A DNA stretch of 64,000 nucleotides from Squalus acanthias (Eukaryota). The DNA is taken from the NCBI GenBank assembly GCA_030390025.1, contig CM059432.1, positions 7,998,001 to 8,062,000 on the forward strand, in the 5' to 3' direction. The position numbers and the translations under genes were made by a program. The notes under the pieces were generated by a model. That model did no database searches, was not told the DNA's origin, and was given only the letters and a program-made list of their open reading frames with translations. Shown piece by piece: positions 1 through 10,507 of the stretch; position 1 is the stretch's first letter, and each line of letters starts with the position of its first letter.

Positions 1-230
1 CACTCCCGAAGATCGCGGCTGGGGCACGAGTGGGGCGCTGTGCACGTCGATGACGTCATCGCCGGTGGCGCAGCACCGCGGGGCGCTACCGGTTACCGCC
101 GTCGCTAACCTCCCGCTGAATTTCGCGGGAGGCGTAGGCGGCGCCGCACCCGGGCGCTAGTTGCTTTGTGCCCCGTTAGCGCCCTCTTAGGGCGCTAATG
201 GGAGGCGCAAAGCAACCGAATTTTTCCCCC
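1..230. mobile_element. Right part of a GC-rich Harbinger-type MITE (cut by window edge)
   Basis: Ends GCAAAGCAACCGAATTTTTCCCCC, like the elements ending at 26917, 37367 and 49633; repeated TAGCGC/GCGCTA motifs; TGACGTCA at 51-58. Confidence 0.75.
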
Positions 231-239
231 TCAGTCATA

Positions 240-1600
240 GGGCTGGATTTTGTCATTGGGGGTGGGCTGGGGGCGTGTCAGGTGGTCGGCGTGTCAGGAC
301 CCCGCCTCCGATGTGAGGCGGGACAAAAGTGCGATTTTGCCCCAATTGGGCAATTGATTTCCAGCGTGTGGGAACCCCTGGCCCAATGAGTCTTTTGATA
401 CTGAAACTCGCCTCCGATGACGTCATCTATGCAGCTGGATTTAAGACCTGCAAGCAGCCTTGGTTCTTTTTCAGCCTTACAACTTTATCAACATACTTCT
501 GAGGGATTCCTACTGCTACTATGTCCAGCGCCAGACCAAAGTGTGCACCCAGATTCGATGAGGCCTCCCTCCAAGCTCTGGTGAAGGGAGCAAGAGCAAA
601 TAAGGAAGTGCTCTTTCCTTCCTCAGGGAGGAAAAAAGCCTCCACAACAGACCAAAGCTGTGTGGCTGCAAGTGGTACAGGAGGTGAATGCAATTTCAAT
701 GTGCAGCAGAACCTGGCTGCAGTGCAGAAAGAGGTTTCATGACCTTCTCCGCACAGGAAAAGTGAGTATTCCATCCCCATGACGCTCAATCTGATCCCCA
801 TCGCCTCTCATCACCAGCACTCTGCTTTGTCAACCTCCTCCTCCACATCCCACTTCACCCTTACATCCCTGCACCCTTACCCATTCCCTCTCTCTGTATG
901 TTGACATTCACTTAACTATTCGACTATGCAGCCCTCACACTCCCTATCACTGTGATAACAACTTACAACACACAAGGAGGGCCCTTGGTCTTGGCACCTC
1001 ACTCCATCTTTGTGTCCTTCTAGGCATCTATGCTATGGATTCTCTACACTCACTCCTTCATTTTCACTCAAACTCCACTGCAGGAAAAGACAGCCCACAA
1101 TAAGAGGGAGAGGATGAGGACAGGAGGAGGGCCACCCTCAATAGCCCAGCTCACCACTGTAGAGGAGGAGGCCCTGGAGATCGTGGGAGTGGAGGAGGAT
1201 GCGCAAGTGGGGGACGGACAGACGGGCGCATCAGAGCAAGCTGGTGACAGAATAGTTTTTCATCTGTCTCATTGACATTGCATGAGTGACTGATTTTGAT
1301 TCTGATGCTCTAACAGATAGACTTCTCTGCACAATTCAATGTGCATACAACGTTTATCTCACATGTCTAACTCTTTCCTTTACTCCCCCACAGGACCAGT
1401 GACAGCCCCCTCCCCACTGTCCAGGAGGAAAGGAAATAAATGGTTCCCATGCTGCTGGTTTATACCTCAGTTGAGGAAGCGCTTAGTCAAGGTGGGGAGA
1501 GGGGTTTCCCAGGAGGCCACACTGGAGATGGGTCTCATGCTTCAAACTTCCACAACAATGAGTAGGCCTGCTAAAAGTTCCCCCAGACCTGAGACAAGAT
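240..1600 (+). mobile_element. PIF/Harbinger element, internally deleted and right-truncated copy of the 58209-63995 family
   Basis: Left TIR GGGCTGGATTTTGTC at 240, identical to 58209. Colinear with 58209-59404, then jumps to sequence matching ~63436-63615. Confidence 0.85.
521..1430 (+). pseudogene. Harbinger Myb/SANT-like DNA-binding gene: exon 1 521-761, exon 2 1084-1243, start of exon 3 at 1394; frameshifted and truncated
   Basis: MSSARPKCAPRFDEASLQALV...(+1 fs)...AVWLQVVQEVNAISMCSRTWLQCRKRFHDLLRTGK | EKTAHNKRERMRTGGGPP. GT donors at 762 and 1244, CAG acceptors; trihelix W...W.QC.K.F.DL and TGGGP motifs. Confidence 0.8.
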
Positions 1601-1604
1601 CTTC

Positions 1605-1910
1605 TTTTCCAGGGTTCTCTAATAACCTTTTCTCTGTCAAGTTATTCGTACAGAGTATCCCTAATGATCCAACAACTTTCCTATAACTGGCGCCGATGCT
1701 CATGGGTCTATTATTTCCTAGTTCTGACTTATTGTCCTTTTTTAATATTGGTACAACATGAGCCTCCCTCCAGTCCCAAGGAATGATCCCAGACTCCAGT
1801 GAGCTATTAAATCTATGAGGAAGGGGCGCACTTGGCACAGCTCCCATTCCATTGAGTAAACTTGGGCAAATGCTGTCTGGACCAGCAGCTCCATCTGATT
1901 CTCTCCAGTG
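1605..1910 (-). mobile_element. Old CR1 LINE RT fragment
   Basis: SSLESGIIPWDWREAHVVPILKKDNKSELGNNRPMS, a decayed version of the DW..ANV.P.FKKG...NYRPVS motif. Confidence 0.7.
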
Positions 1911-1932
1911 TTACATCTGCACCCACTTCAAC

Positions 1933-2170
1933 ATAGAATCATAGAACCATCGAGTCATTCAGCACAGAAGGAGGCCATTCAGCCCATCGTGCCTGTGCCG
2001 GCTCACTGAAAGCAATGAGTCCCACTCTCCCTGCTCTTTCCCCATATCCCTGCAAATATTTCCCTTTCAAGTAAACATCCAATTCCCTTTTGAAAGTTAC
2101 GACTGAATCTGCTTCCACCGCCCTTTCAGGCAGCGCATTCCAGATCACAACAACTCGCTGCGTAAAAAAA
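1933..2170 (-). mobile_element. CR1 LINE 3' end
   Basis: IWNALPERAVEADSVVTFKRELD ORF2 C-terminus plus 3' UTR and tail. Confidence 0.8.
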
Positions 2171-2269
2171 TGTCAAAACATTTACAAATTCAGTGTCAAG
2201 TACACATGTCCTGAGGTCGTGAAAGGCACTGTGTATGTGCAAAGTTCTTTCTGTATTGGTGGCATTTAA

Positions 2270-2595
2270 TTTTTTTTAATCGTTCATGGGCCAGCATTTA
2301 TTGCCCATCCCTAATTGCCCTTGAGAAGGTGGTGGTGAACCGCCTTCTTGAACCGCTGCAGTCCGTGTGGTGAAGATTTCCCCCACGGTGCTGTTAGGGA
2401 GGGAGTTCTAGGATTTTGACCCAGCGACGATGAAGAAACAGCCGATATATTTCCATGTCAGGATGGTGTGTGACTTGGAGGTGGTGGTGTTCCCATGCGC
2501 CTGCTGCCCTTGTCCTTCTAGGTGGTAGAGGTTGCCGGTTTGGGAGGTGCTGTCAAAGAAGCCTTGGCGAGTTGCTGCAGTGCATCTTGTAGTGC
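2270..2595 (-). mobile_element. 3' end of a second CR1/L2-group LINE family (here 'family B')
   Basis: Same sequence as 6035-6695, 21315-21950, 34395-35085 and 55420-55715. Confidence 0.75.
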
Positions 2596-3377
2596 TGCCT
2601 TTTCTTTGAGCAACATTTATGCGAACCTAAAAGTCCTGCGTCAACATATATATAAAACGTAACAATCTTATGTTGACATTTCTAATGGGAAAGCCCGATG
2701 TCAACCTTTGCCTGTCATGCTGTAACGAGAGGCCCCCATCATTATATTCCACAGTTGTACTCTGCTGCTCCCATCACTCACTTCCTTCACCTTGTTGCAA
2801 AGCTTTACTCTCTCTTCCATCAGCCTTGTCATTCACCTCTGGCTTAACGTCTTTTTACACAAAGGTTTGCATTGGTGCACGTCAGTCTTTATACCAGATG
2901 GAGTTCAGTATCTGAAGAATTATCATGGGGAGCTAAAGACTGATTCGGAGCAGGCTGCTTCCATTACTAAATAAGAGAAAGGCTCAGAATAGGTTCGAAT
3001 AAGTCCATTCAGATGCCAAACTAGAGTATATAAAAAATTTAATAAGAGAAGGAAATAAAATGGAGAAGAACATGTCAAGTTTTGTTTGATAGCCTTGCTG
3101 TGAAGCGCCTTGGGACATTTTACTATGTTAAAGGTGCTATATAAATGCAAGTGTGCACCTGTGTCTAGTGTACGTCGGTCACATCTCAAAGTGTCAAACA
3201 TATATGAAAACAGAAAGAAAGCCAGCGTTATGAATTCGGGTCGCTCGTAGCTCCCTTCTTGGATTCAGCGGTGTAATTTGCTCCCGGAGGCTGTCTCAGC
3301 ACCTTGCCTTTACATCAGTTGACTCATACTGCACTATATTGACTTGTACAGTCGCAAGACCAGGAGAGGAATAATAG

Positions 3378-3815
3378 ATCAACAACAACAACATCTTGCA
3401 TTTATAGAGCGCCTTTAATGCAGTAAAACATCCCAAGGCACTTCACAGGAGTGACTATCAAACAAAATTTGACACTGAGCCACATAGAGAGATATTAGGG
3501 CAGGTGACCAAAAGCTTGATCAAAGAGGTAGGTTTTATGCAGCGTCTTAAAGGAGGAGAGAGAGGCAGGGAGGTGGAGAGGTTTAGGGAGGGAATTCCAG
3601 AGCTTAGGGCCTTGGCAGCTGAAGACACGGCCACCAATGGTGGAGCGATTATAATCAGGGATGCTCAAGAGGGCAGAATTGGAAGAGCGCCGAGATCTTG
3701 GCGGGTTGTGGGGCTGGAGGAGATTACAGAGATAAGGTGGGGGGGAGGGGGGGGGCGAGGGCGAGGTCATGCAGGGATGAGAAAACAAGGATGAGAATTT
3801 TAAAATTGAGGCCTC
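3378..3815 (-). mobile_element. L2 LINE 3' end
   Basis: YLCNLLQPHNPPR..RSSNSALL...GGRVFSCQGPKLWNSLP...FKTL.KTYLF; (TTG)n tail. Other copies ~22533-22872, 32425-32946, 33425-33675, 43190-43350, 51150-51385, 54270-54830. Confidence 0.85.
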
Positions 3816-4569
3816 TTGTGATCTGGATCTCTGCGTTTCTTGCACATGTATTTCTTCAATCTCTCCGAAGGCAGACTGAGTTAGACTGAATAAACTGCTT
3901 TATTCCACAGCAAGGTGAAAGGTACAAAGCGATAAATATAAATGGAGTCACTCGGTTCAACTGGTACAAGTTATTTTTACATAACAATACAAAATAAAGT
4001 ACAGGCGGTGCTTCCCCCCGCACTGGTGGGTCATTGTACTTAACGTTTAACAGAGTAATCTCTCTGCATCTTGTACTGTAGCCCAAGGCAGAATGTCTTT
4101 TCTTGCAGTTTCCTGCCTTTTCAACTTTCCTGCCAATCTACAGGAACGCAGCTCAATAATTGACCTCCAGTTGACCCTGAATGTGCTTATTTAGCCCACT
4201 TTGCACACAGGAAATACCTGTGCTGTGTCCTTAAAGGGCAACCCAGATCTATATCTTAGAAACTAAACGTGCTCCAGATCCCAGACTATGTGTAAGCAAT
4301 GCCACATAACAGCTAGTTAAATTACATTCAATCTAAACGCAATGAGAAGTCTTGCATTTGTTGTATGCACTTTTTGTCCACGAGTCTTAAGCCTCATGAT
4401 TTTTGATTAATATTTTGGTATTAATCACTCAAAGTTACCTTTTTTAACAGAAACTCGCTTTGTAAGCATTTATCATGGGAATTGCTATGTAAACATGTTT
4501 AAGGGGGAAACCTTACACGAACATGCAAACATTTCACAATCACACCTCATTGATGAACCAACTAGCAGA

Positions 4570-5030
4570 GAGGTCAATAAACAGGGGCATAGATTTCAAG
4601 TAATTGGTAGAAGGATTAGAGGGGAGTTGAGGAGAAATTTTTTCTCCCAGAGGGTGGTGGGGTCTGGAACTCACTGCCTGAAAGGGTGGTAGAGGCAGAA
4701 ACCCTCATCACATTTAAAAAGTACTTGGATGTGCACTTGAAGTGCCGTAACCTACAGGGCTATGGACCAAGAGCTGGAAAGTGGGATTAGGCTGGAGAGC
4801 TCTTTTTCGACCGGCACAGACACGATGGGCTGAATGGCCTCCTTCTGTGCCGTAAATTTCGATGATTCTATCTCTTCGAAAGTTAAAAGCTATTGTACTT
4901 GAAGAGGATTCATTTGCACGGGTTATGCGGAGAACAACTGGAATGTGCGACTAAATCGGACAGCTCTTTCAAAGAGCTGGCACAGGCACGATGGGCCGAA
5001 TGGCCTCCTTCTGTGCTGTAAGATTCTAGT
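4570..5030 (+). mobile_element. Two CR1 3'-end fragments
   Basis: GHRFQVIGRRIRGELRRNFFSQRVV; two 3' UTRs ending ...GAATGGCCTCCTTCTGTGC. Confidence 0.75.
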
Positions 5031-6034
5031 GCTGCCAAACCTAGGACCTTCCGCACCCCCGTCCAATGCTATCAAGCACATGCTCTCAACCTCCCCCTCC
5101 CTGTTAACAGAATCCTTTAGTGATCCAAGTCCAATACTCCGCCCTCAGTTCTGCCAAGTTCCAGGTTCTCCTAACAGCGGGGCACCAAAATTCTTGAGAC
5201 TGGGAGGGCATTGCAGAAGCATAAGGTGGTCAGGGAGGGGCAAGACCTCGATTCCATTGGGTCTCCATCTCTCTTTCTGCAGGTCCATAAAGAATGATTG
5301 AAGTGTGGCGGGCACTCTTTCCCTCCCCTCCCCCCCATTTCCCCACCCATGCCGACATCAGAAGAGGAGGCTGGATGAACAGACCATCAGAAATTCCCCC
5401 CGTTCCACCTGCTCTGACGCCAATGCTAAGCACACTTGGTGGGAATGAACAGGGCGGTCTTGCTGATGGAGAGGATGTGGGGTCGGAAGCTCAGCTCAGG
5501 GTCAAATCGGATGGTGAGCGTTGCGAACAGTCTGGTTCCACCTGAGACAGTGGCCAGGGAGTGGGGGCAAAGGAATGGAATCACAGGCGAGGGTATGGAG
5601 TTTGTGGCAATGATAAATTAACGCTTTTTAATAAAATATCTTTAGCGTTCAGCCAGAAGGGTCCCGAGCTGCCAGCCCCCCCCCCCCCACCCCCCACCCC
5701 ACGACAGGATACAAGTTGCCTCTCAATTCCTGGACACCCACCTACACCTACTGTGTTGGAAAATCCCTTTGATCATTCTCTCGGAAAAGAGAGGCCCCAG
5801 AAAAGGCTGGAGTAGAAAAAGACAGGAAGCTGAAGGGAGCGAAGGTTCGTGCCCTGGGCAGTCTTCGAGGATGCAAAGGAGTTATCTGGTTACGTTACGT
5901 AGGGCAGCCCCATGATGTGGGGGAACAGTAGCTTGTTCATTATTTGTAACATTATAGAATCTTACAGCACAGAAGGAGGCCACTCGGCCAATCATGCCTT
6001 CGTCACCTCATTGAAAGAGCTTCGTTGTTTTTTT

Positions 6035-6695
6035 AAAATTCATTCTCGGGATGTGGGCGTCGCTGGCAAGGCCAGCATTTATTGCCCATCCCTAATTGCC
6101 CTTGAGAAGGTGGTGGTGAGCCACCTTCTTGAACCGTTGCAGTCCATGTGGTGAAGGTACTCCCACAGTGCTGTTTTGTAGAGAGTTTCAGGATTTTGAC
6201 CCAGCGACGATGAAGGAACGGCGATATATTTCTAAGTCAGGATGGTGTGTGACTTGGAGGGGAACTTGGAGGTGGTGGTGTTCCCATGCGCCTGCTGCCC
6301 TTGTCCTTCCAGGTGGTAGAGGTCGCGGGTTTGGGAGGTGCTGTCGAAGAAGCCTTGGTGAGTTGCTGCAGTGCATCTTGTAGATGGTACACACTGCAGC
6401 TACGGTGCGCCGGTGGTGGAGGGAGTGAATGTTTAAGGTGGTGGATGGGGTGCCAATCAAGTGGCATGATGGTGTCGAGCTTCTTGAGTGTTGTTGGAGC
6501 TGCACTCATCCAGGCAAGTGGAGAGTATTCCATCACACTCCTTACTTGTGCCTTGTAGATGGTGGAAAGGCTTTGGGGAGTCAGGAGGTGAGTCACTCAC
6601 CGCAGAATACCTAGCCTCTGACCTGCTCTTGCAGCCACAGTATTTATGTGAGTGGTCCAGTTAAGTTTCTGGTCAATGGTGACCCCCCAAGATGT
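6035..6695 (-). mobile_element. LINE family B 3' portion
   Basis: HLLTPQSLSTIYKAQVRSVMEYSPLAWMSAAPTTLKKLDTI (RT thumb region) and IHSLHHRRTVAAVCTIYKMH; tail GGCAATAAATGCTGGCCTTGCCAGCGACGCCCACATCC. Confidence 0.8.
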
Positions 6696-6709
6696 TGGTG
6701 GGTTTGGAC

Positions 6710-9700
6710 TTGACTTGGACGTGGGTGTACAGGGCACAACTTCAAAATTTGCAGGTGACACAAAACTTGGATGTATAGTGAACAGTGAGGAGAATAGTGA
6801 TAGACTTCAAGAGGACATAAAGAATTTGAGTATAAGAGTAAAGACGTCTTACTGCAATTATATAGGGCCCTGGTGAGACCACACCTGGAGTATTGTGTAC
6901 AATTTTGGTCTCCTTACCTGAGGAAGGATATACTTGCCATAGAGGGAGTGTAACGAACGTTCACCAGACTGGTTCCTTGGATGGGGGATTGTCCTATGAG
7001 GAGAGATTGAGGAGACTAGATCTATATTCTCTCGCATTGAGAAGAATGAGAGGTGATCTCATTGAAACATACAAAATTCTTACAGGGCTTGACAGGGTAG
7101 ATGTAGGGAGGATCTTTCCCCTGGCTGAGGAGTCTAGAACTCGTGTCTCAGAATAAGGGGTCGGCTGTTTAGGACTGAGATGAGGAGAAATTTCTTCACT
7201 CAGAGGGTGGTGAATCTTTGGAATTCTCTGCCCCAGAGGGTTGTGGAGGCTCAGTCATTGAGTAGATTGATAGACTTTTGGATATTAAGGGAATCAAGGG
7301 ATATGGGGATAGTGCACCAAAATGGAGTTGAGGTCGAAGATCAGCCATGATCTTATTGAATGGCGGAAATAAAGAAACATAGAAGATAGGAGCAGGAGTA
7401 GGCCATTCGGCCCCTCGAGCCTGCTCCGCCATTCGATGAGATCATGGCTGATCATCCAAACTCAGTACCCTGTACCTGCCTTCTCCCCATATCCCTTGAT
7501 ACCTTTAGCTTTAAGAAATATATCTAACTCATTCTTGAATATATTTAATGACTTGGCCTCAACTACCTTCTGTGGTAGAGAATTCCACAGGTTCACCACT
7601 CCCTGGGTGAAGAAATTCCTCCTCATTTCTGTCCTTCAGCGACTGGTGCACAAGGACACCCAGGTCTCGTTGCACTTCCCCTTCTCCCAATCTATTGTCA
7701 TTCAGGTCTGGACAAACGAGCAGGCTCGAGGGACCGAATGGCCGACTCCTGCTCTTATTTCTTATGTTCTTATGGTGGAATAGGCGGACACGTGGCAGAT
7801 GAAATTTAATGCAGAAACGTGCAAAGTGATAAATTTTGGTAGGAAGAAGGAGGAGGCAATATAAAGTAAAGGGTACAAATCTAAAGGGGCTGCATGAACA
7901 GAGAGACCTGGGGGTATATGTGCACAAATCGTTGAAGGTGGCAGGGCAGGTTGAGATAGTGATTAAAAAAGCATACGGGATCCTGGGCTTCATGAATAGA
8001 GGCATAGGCTGCGATTTTGCCTACCGAGGTGGGTCTGGTGCAGCCAGGGTCGGTGGTGGGGTATGACCCCGCTGCTGGCTCCAGCCCGCTCTGTGAAATG
8101 ATTTTACGCTGATTGGGCTTGTTAAGCCCACCCAGCGCGATTCCCAGCCAATTGAAGGAAGCGGGTCTGATGACGTCATTTGATGGCACATCATCAGCCG
8201 GTTTCCTTAAAGGGACCATGCGCAAATTGATTTTGACATTTGTGCTGTCGGTGTTCTACAGCATTGAGGAGCTGCAAACACTGACAAGCACTTCACAGAG
8301 GTGCACGGCTGCACCCAGGCTCTCCCATGACTCCCTCCATATGCTTATGGAGGGAGTCACAGCACACAGGGAGATCCTCTTCCCTTCCCATGGGCGGAAG
8401 AGACCTTCCCATGAGATCTCAGTAGATCACGAAATGTTACTGCAAAGCCACACTCAACCTCATCCTGCTGTGCCACTCATCACATCCCCATCACTCTGCC
8501 TTCCCTACCCTACTCCTGCACATCCTTACTCACACCAACTTACCTTGCACCTCCACCCATCCCTCTCCATCTACATTATCACTTCCCCATCTCACTAGCC
8601 ACCCCTCACACTCACCCTCATCCTAGTCCAATCATACCAACTAACAACACACAAGGGTAGGCACTTGGGTGTTTTAGCCAATGCTCATGTGAAGTTTCTG
8701 TTAATGTGGTGTCAAACATTGAAATCTTTATTTTCAACACTTCGCGTTCTTGGACAGATTTGTGTGCACCTTCGGAAGTGGTTTAGTGAGTTGAAGTGAA
8801 TGGTGAGATATAACGGTACCCCCAGCAATGGCGACGAGTGTAAAAGGAATGGCTTAGGCATTGTAGGGATGCTTTATGGTGTTGGTGTGGGGTGGTGCCA
8901 ACCTGGCACATCACGTCGCAGCCAGGGTGTACAGTGTCAAGTGAAGTAAATCTGGCCATGGTGATTCCATCCCTGACCTCCCGGGCAGCAATGTGGTCAG
9001 GTGCTGATGCCCTGTGTCCTGCGCAGCATCAGGGTGATAGCGGAGAAGTTTGGTGTGGATGTTGGTGCTGCTGGTGTTGGGGCTGATAGTGGTGGGATTC
9101 TGAGGACCAAGGTGAGATATTTTCAAGGGCACCGATGCTGATGGAATAGATGGCAGGTGAGGTTGAGATGACAGAAGCGATCTGTCAATGGTGAGAAAGG
9201 TTGTTCCAATGGATTTTCACTGGATAGAGAGTTTGCTCCAAACACTTGCAAGCTGCATAAAGCTCAATCTGTCTTTCAAATGCAGTAAGCAACAGCTTCT
9301 AACTTTGGTTCCCTACCCGCTGTCAAAAAAATTTTTTTCCCCAGCTGACTCGCCACCAAACGCTCCCGCTGACCCCCTGAAAAATTCTCCCATAGAGTAC
9401 AAAAGTAAGGAAGTTATGATGAGCCTTTATAAAATACTTGTCCGACCCCAACTGGAGTATTGTGTCCAGTTCTGGGCACCGCACTTTATGAAGGATTTGA
9501 AGGCCTTAGAGAGGGTGCAGAAAAGATTTACAAAAATGGTTCCAGGGATGAGGAACTTCATAAGATCATAAGACGTAGGAGCAGGAGTAGGTCATTTGGC
9601 CCTCGAGCCTGCTCTGCCATTCAATAAGATCATGGCCGATTCAGTTACGTGGATAGACTGGAGAAGCTGTGGGGTTGTTCTCCTTAGAGCAGAGAAGTTT

Positions 9701-10090
9701 GAGAGGAGATTTAATAGAGGTGTTCAAAATCATGAGGGGTCTAGACAGAGTAGATAGAGAGAAACTGTTCCCATTGGCTGAAGGGTCGAGAACCAGAGGA
9801 CACAGATTTAAGGTGATTGGCAAAAGAACCAAAGACAACATGAGGAAAAACCTTTTTATGCAGCGAGTGGTTAGGATCTGGAATTCACTGCCTGAAAGGG
9901 GGGTGGAGGCAGATTCAATCGTGGCTTTCAAAAGGGAATTGGATAAGTACCTGAAGGAAAAAAATTTGCAGGGTTGTGGGGAAAGAGCGGGGGAGTGGGA
10001 CTAGCTGAAGTGCTCTTGCAGAGAGCCGGCACGGGCTCGACGCGCTGAATGGCCTCCTTCTGTGCTGTAACCATTCTATGATTCCAATGG
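6710..10090. mobile_element. Cluster of nested CR1 fragments (both strands); one plus-strand copy is split by the Harbinger at 8007-9391
   Basis: [48 protein letters not shown] motifs; host sequence AATAGAGGC-ATA-GAGTACAAAAG rejoins across the insertion. Confidence 0.8.
8007..9391 (+). mobile_element. Non-autonomous Harbinger element (second subfamily) with ATA target-site duplication
   Basis: TSD ATA at 8004-8006 and 9392-9394 inside a CR1. Myb remnant RCTAAPRLSHDSLHMLMEGVTAHREILFPSHGRKRPS (~8300-8420). Minus-strand remnant DHIAAREVRDGITMARF (~8948-8998). TIRs degenerate. Confidence 0.8.
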
Positions 10091-10507
10091 TAATAAGAAA
10101 TAGGAGCAGGAGTAGGCCATTCGGCTCCTTGAGCCATTGCATGTCAAGGGGCGGTGGTTAGACTTTCTCTTGCTGGAGCTGGTCATTGCCTGGCACTTGT
10201 GTGGCGCAAATGTTACCTGCCACTTATCAGCCCAAGCCTGAATGTTGTCCCGGTCTTGCTGCAGTCGGTACGGACTGCTTCATTATCTGAGGAGTTGCGA
10301 ATGGCACTGAACACTGTGCAATCAGAAGCGAACATCCCCACTTTTGACCTTATGATGGAGGGAAGGTCATTGATGAAGCAGCTGAAGATGGTTGGGCCTT
10401 GGAGACTGCCCTGAGAAACTCCTGCAGCGATGTCCTGGGGCTGAGATGATTGGCCTGCAAGTTAACAACCACAACAATTTTCGCTTGAAATGAGAGCCAG
10501 GCCACTC

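Noticed and set aside
2890..2975. Short exon DGVQYLKNYHGELKTDSEQAASITK
   Set aside because: Weak acceptor and no recognisable homology
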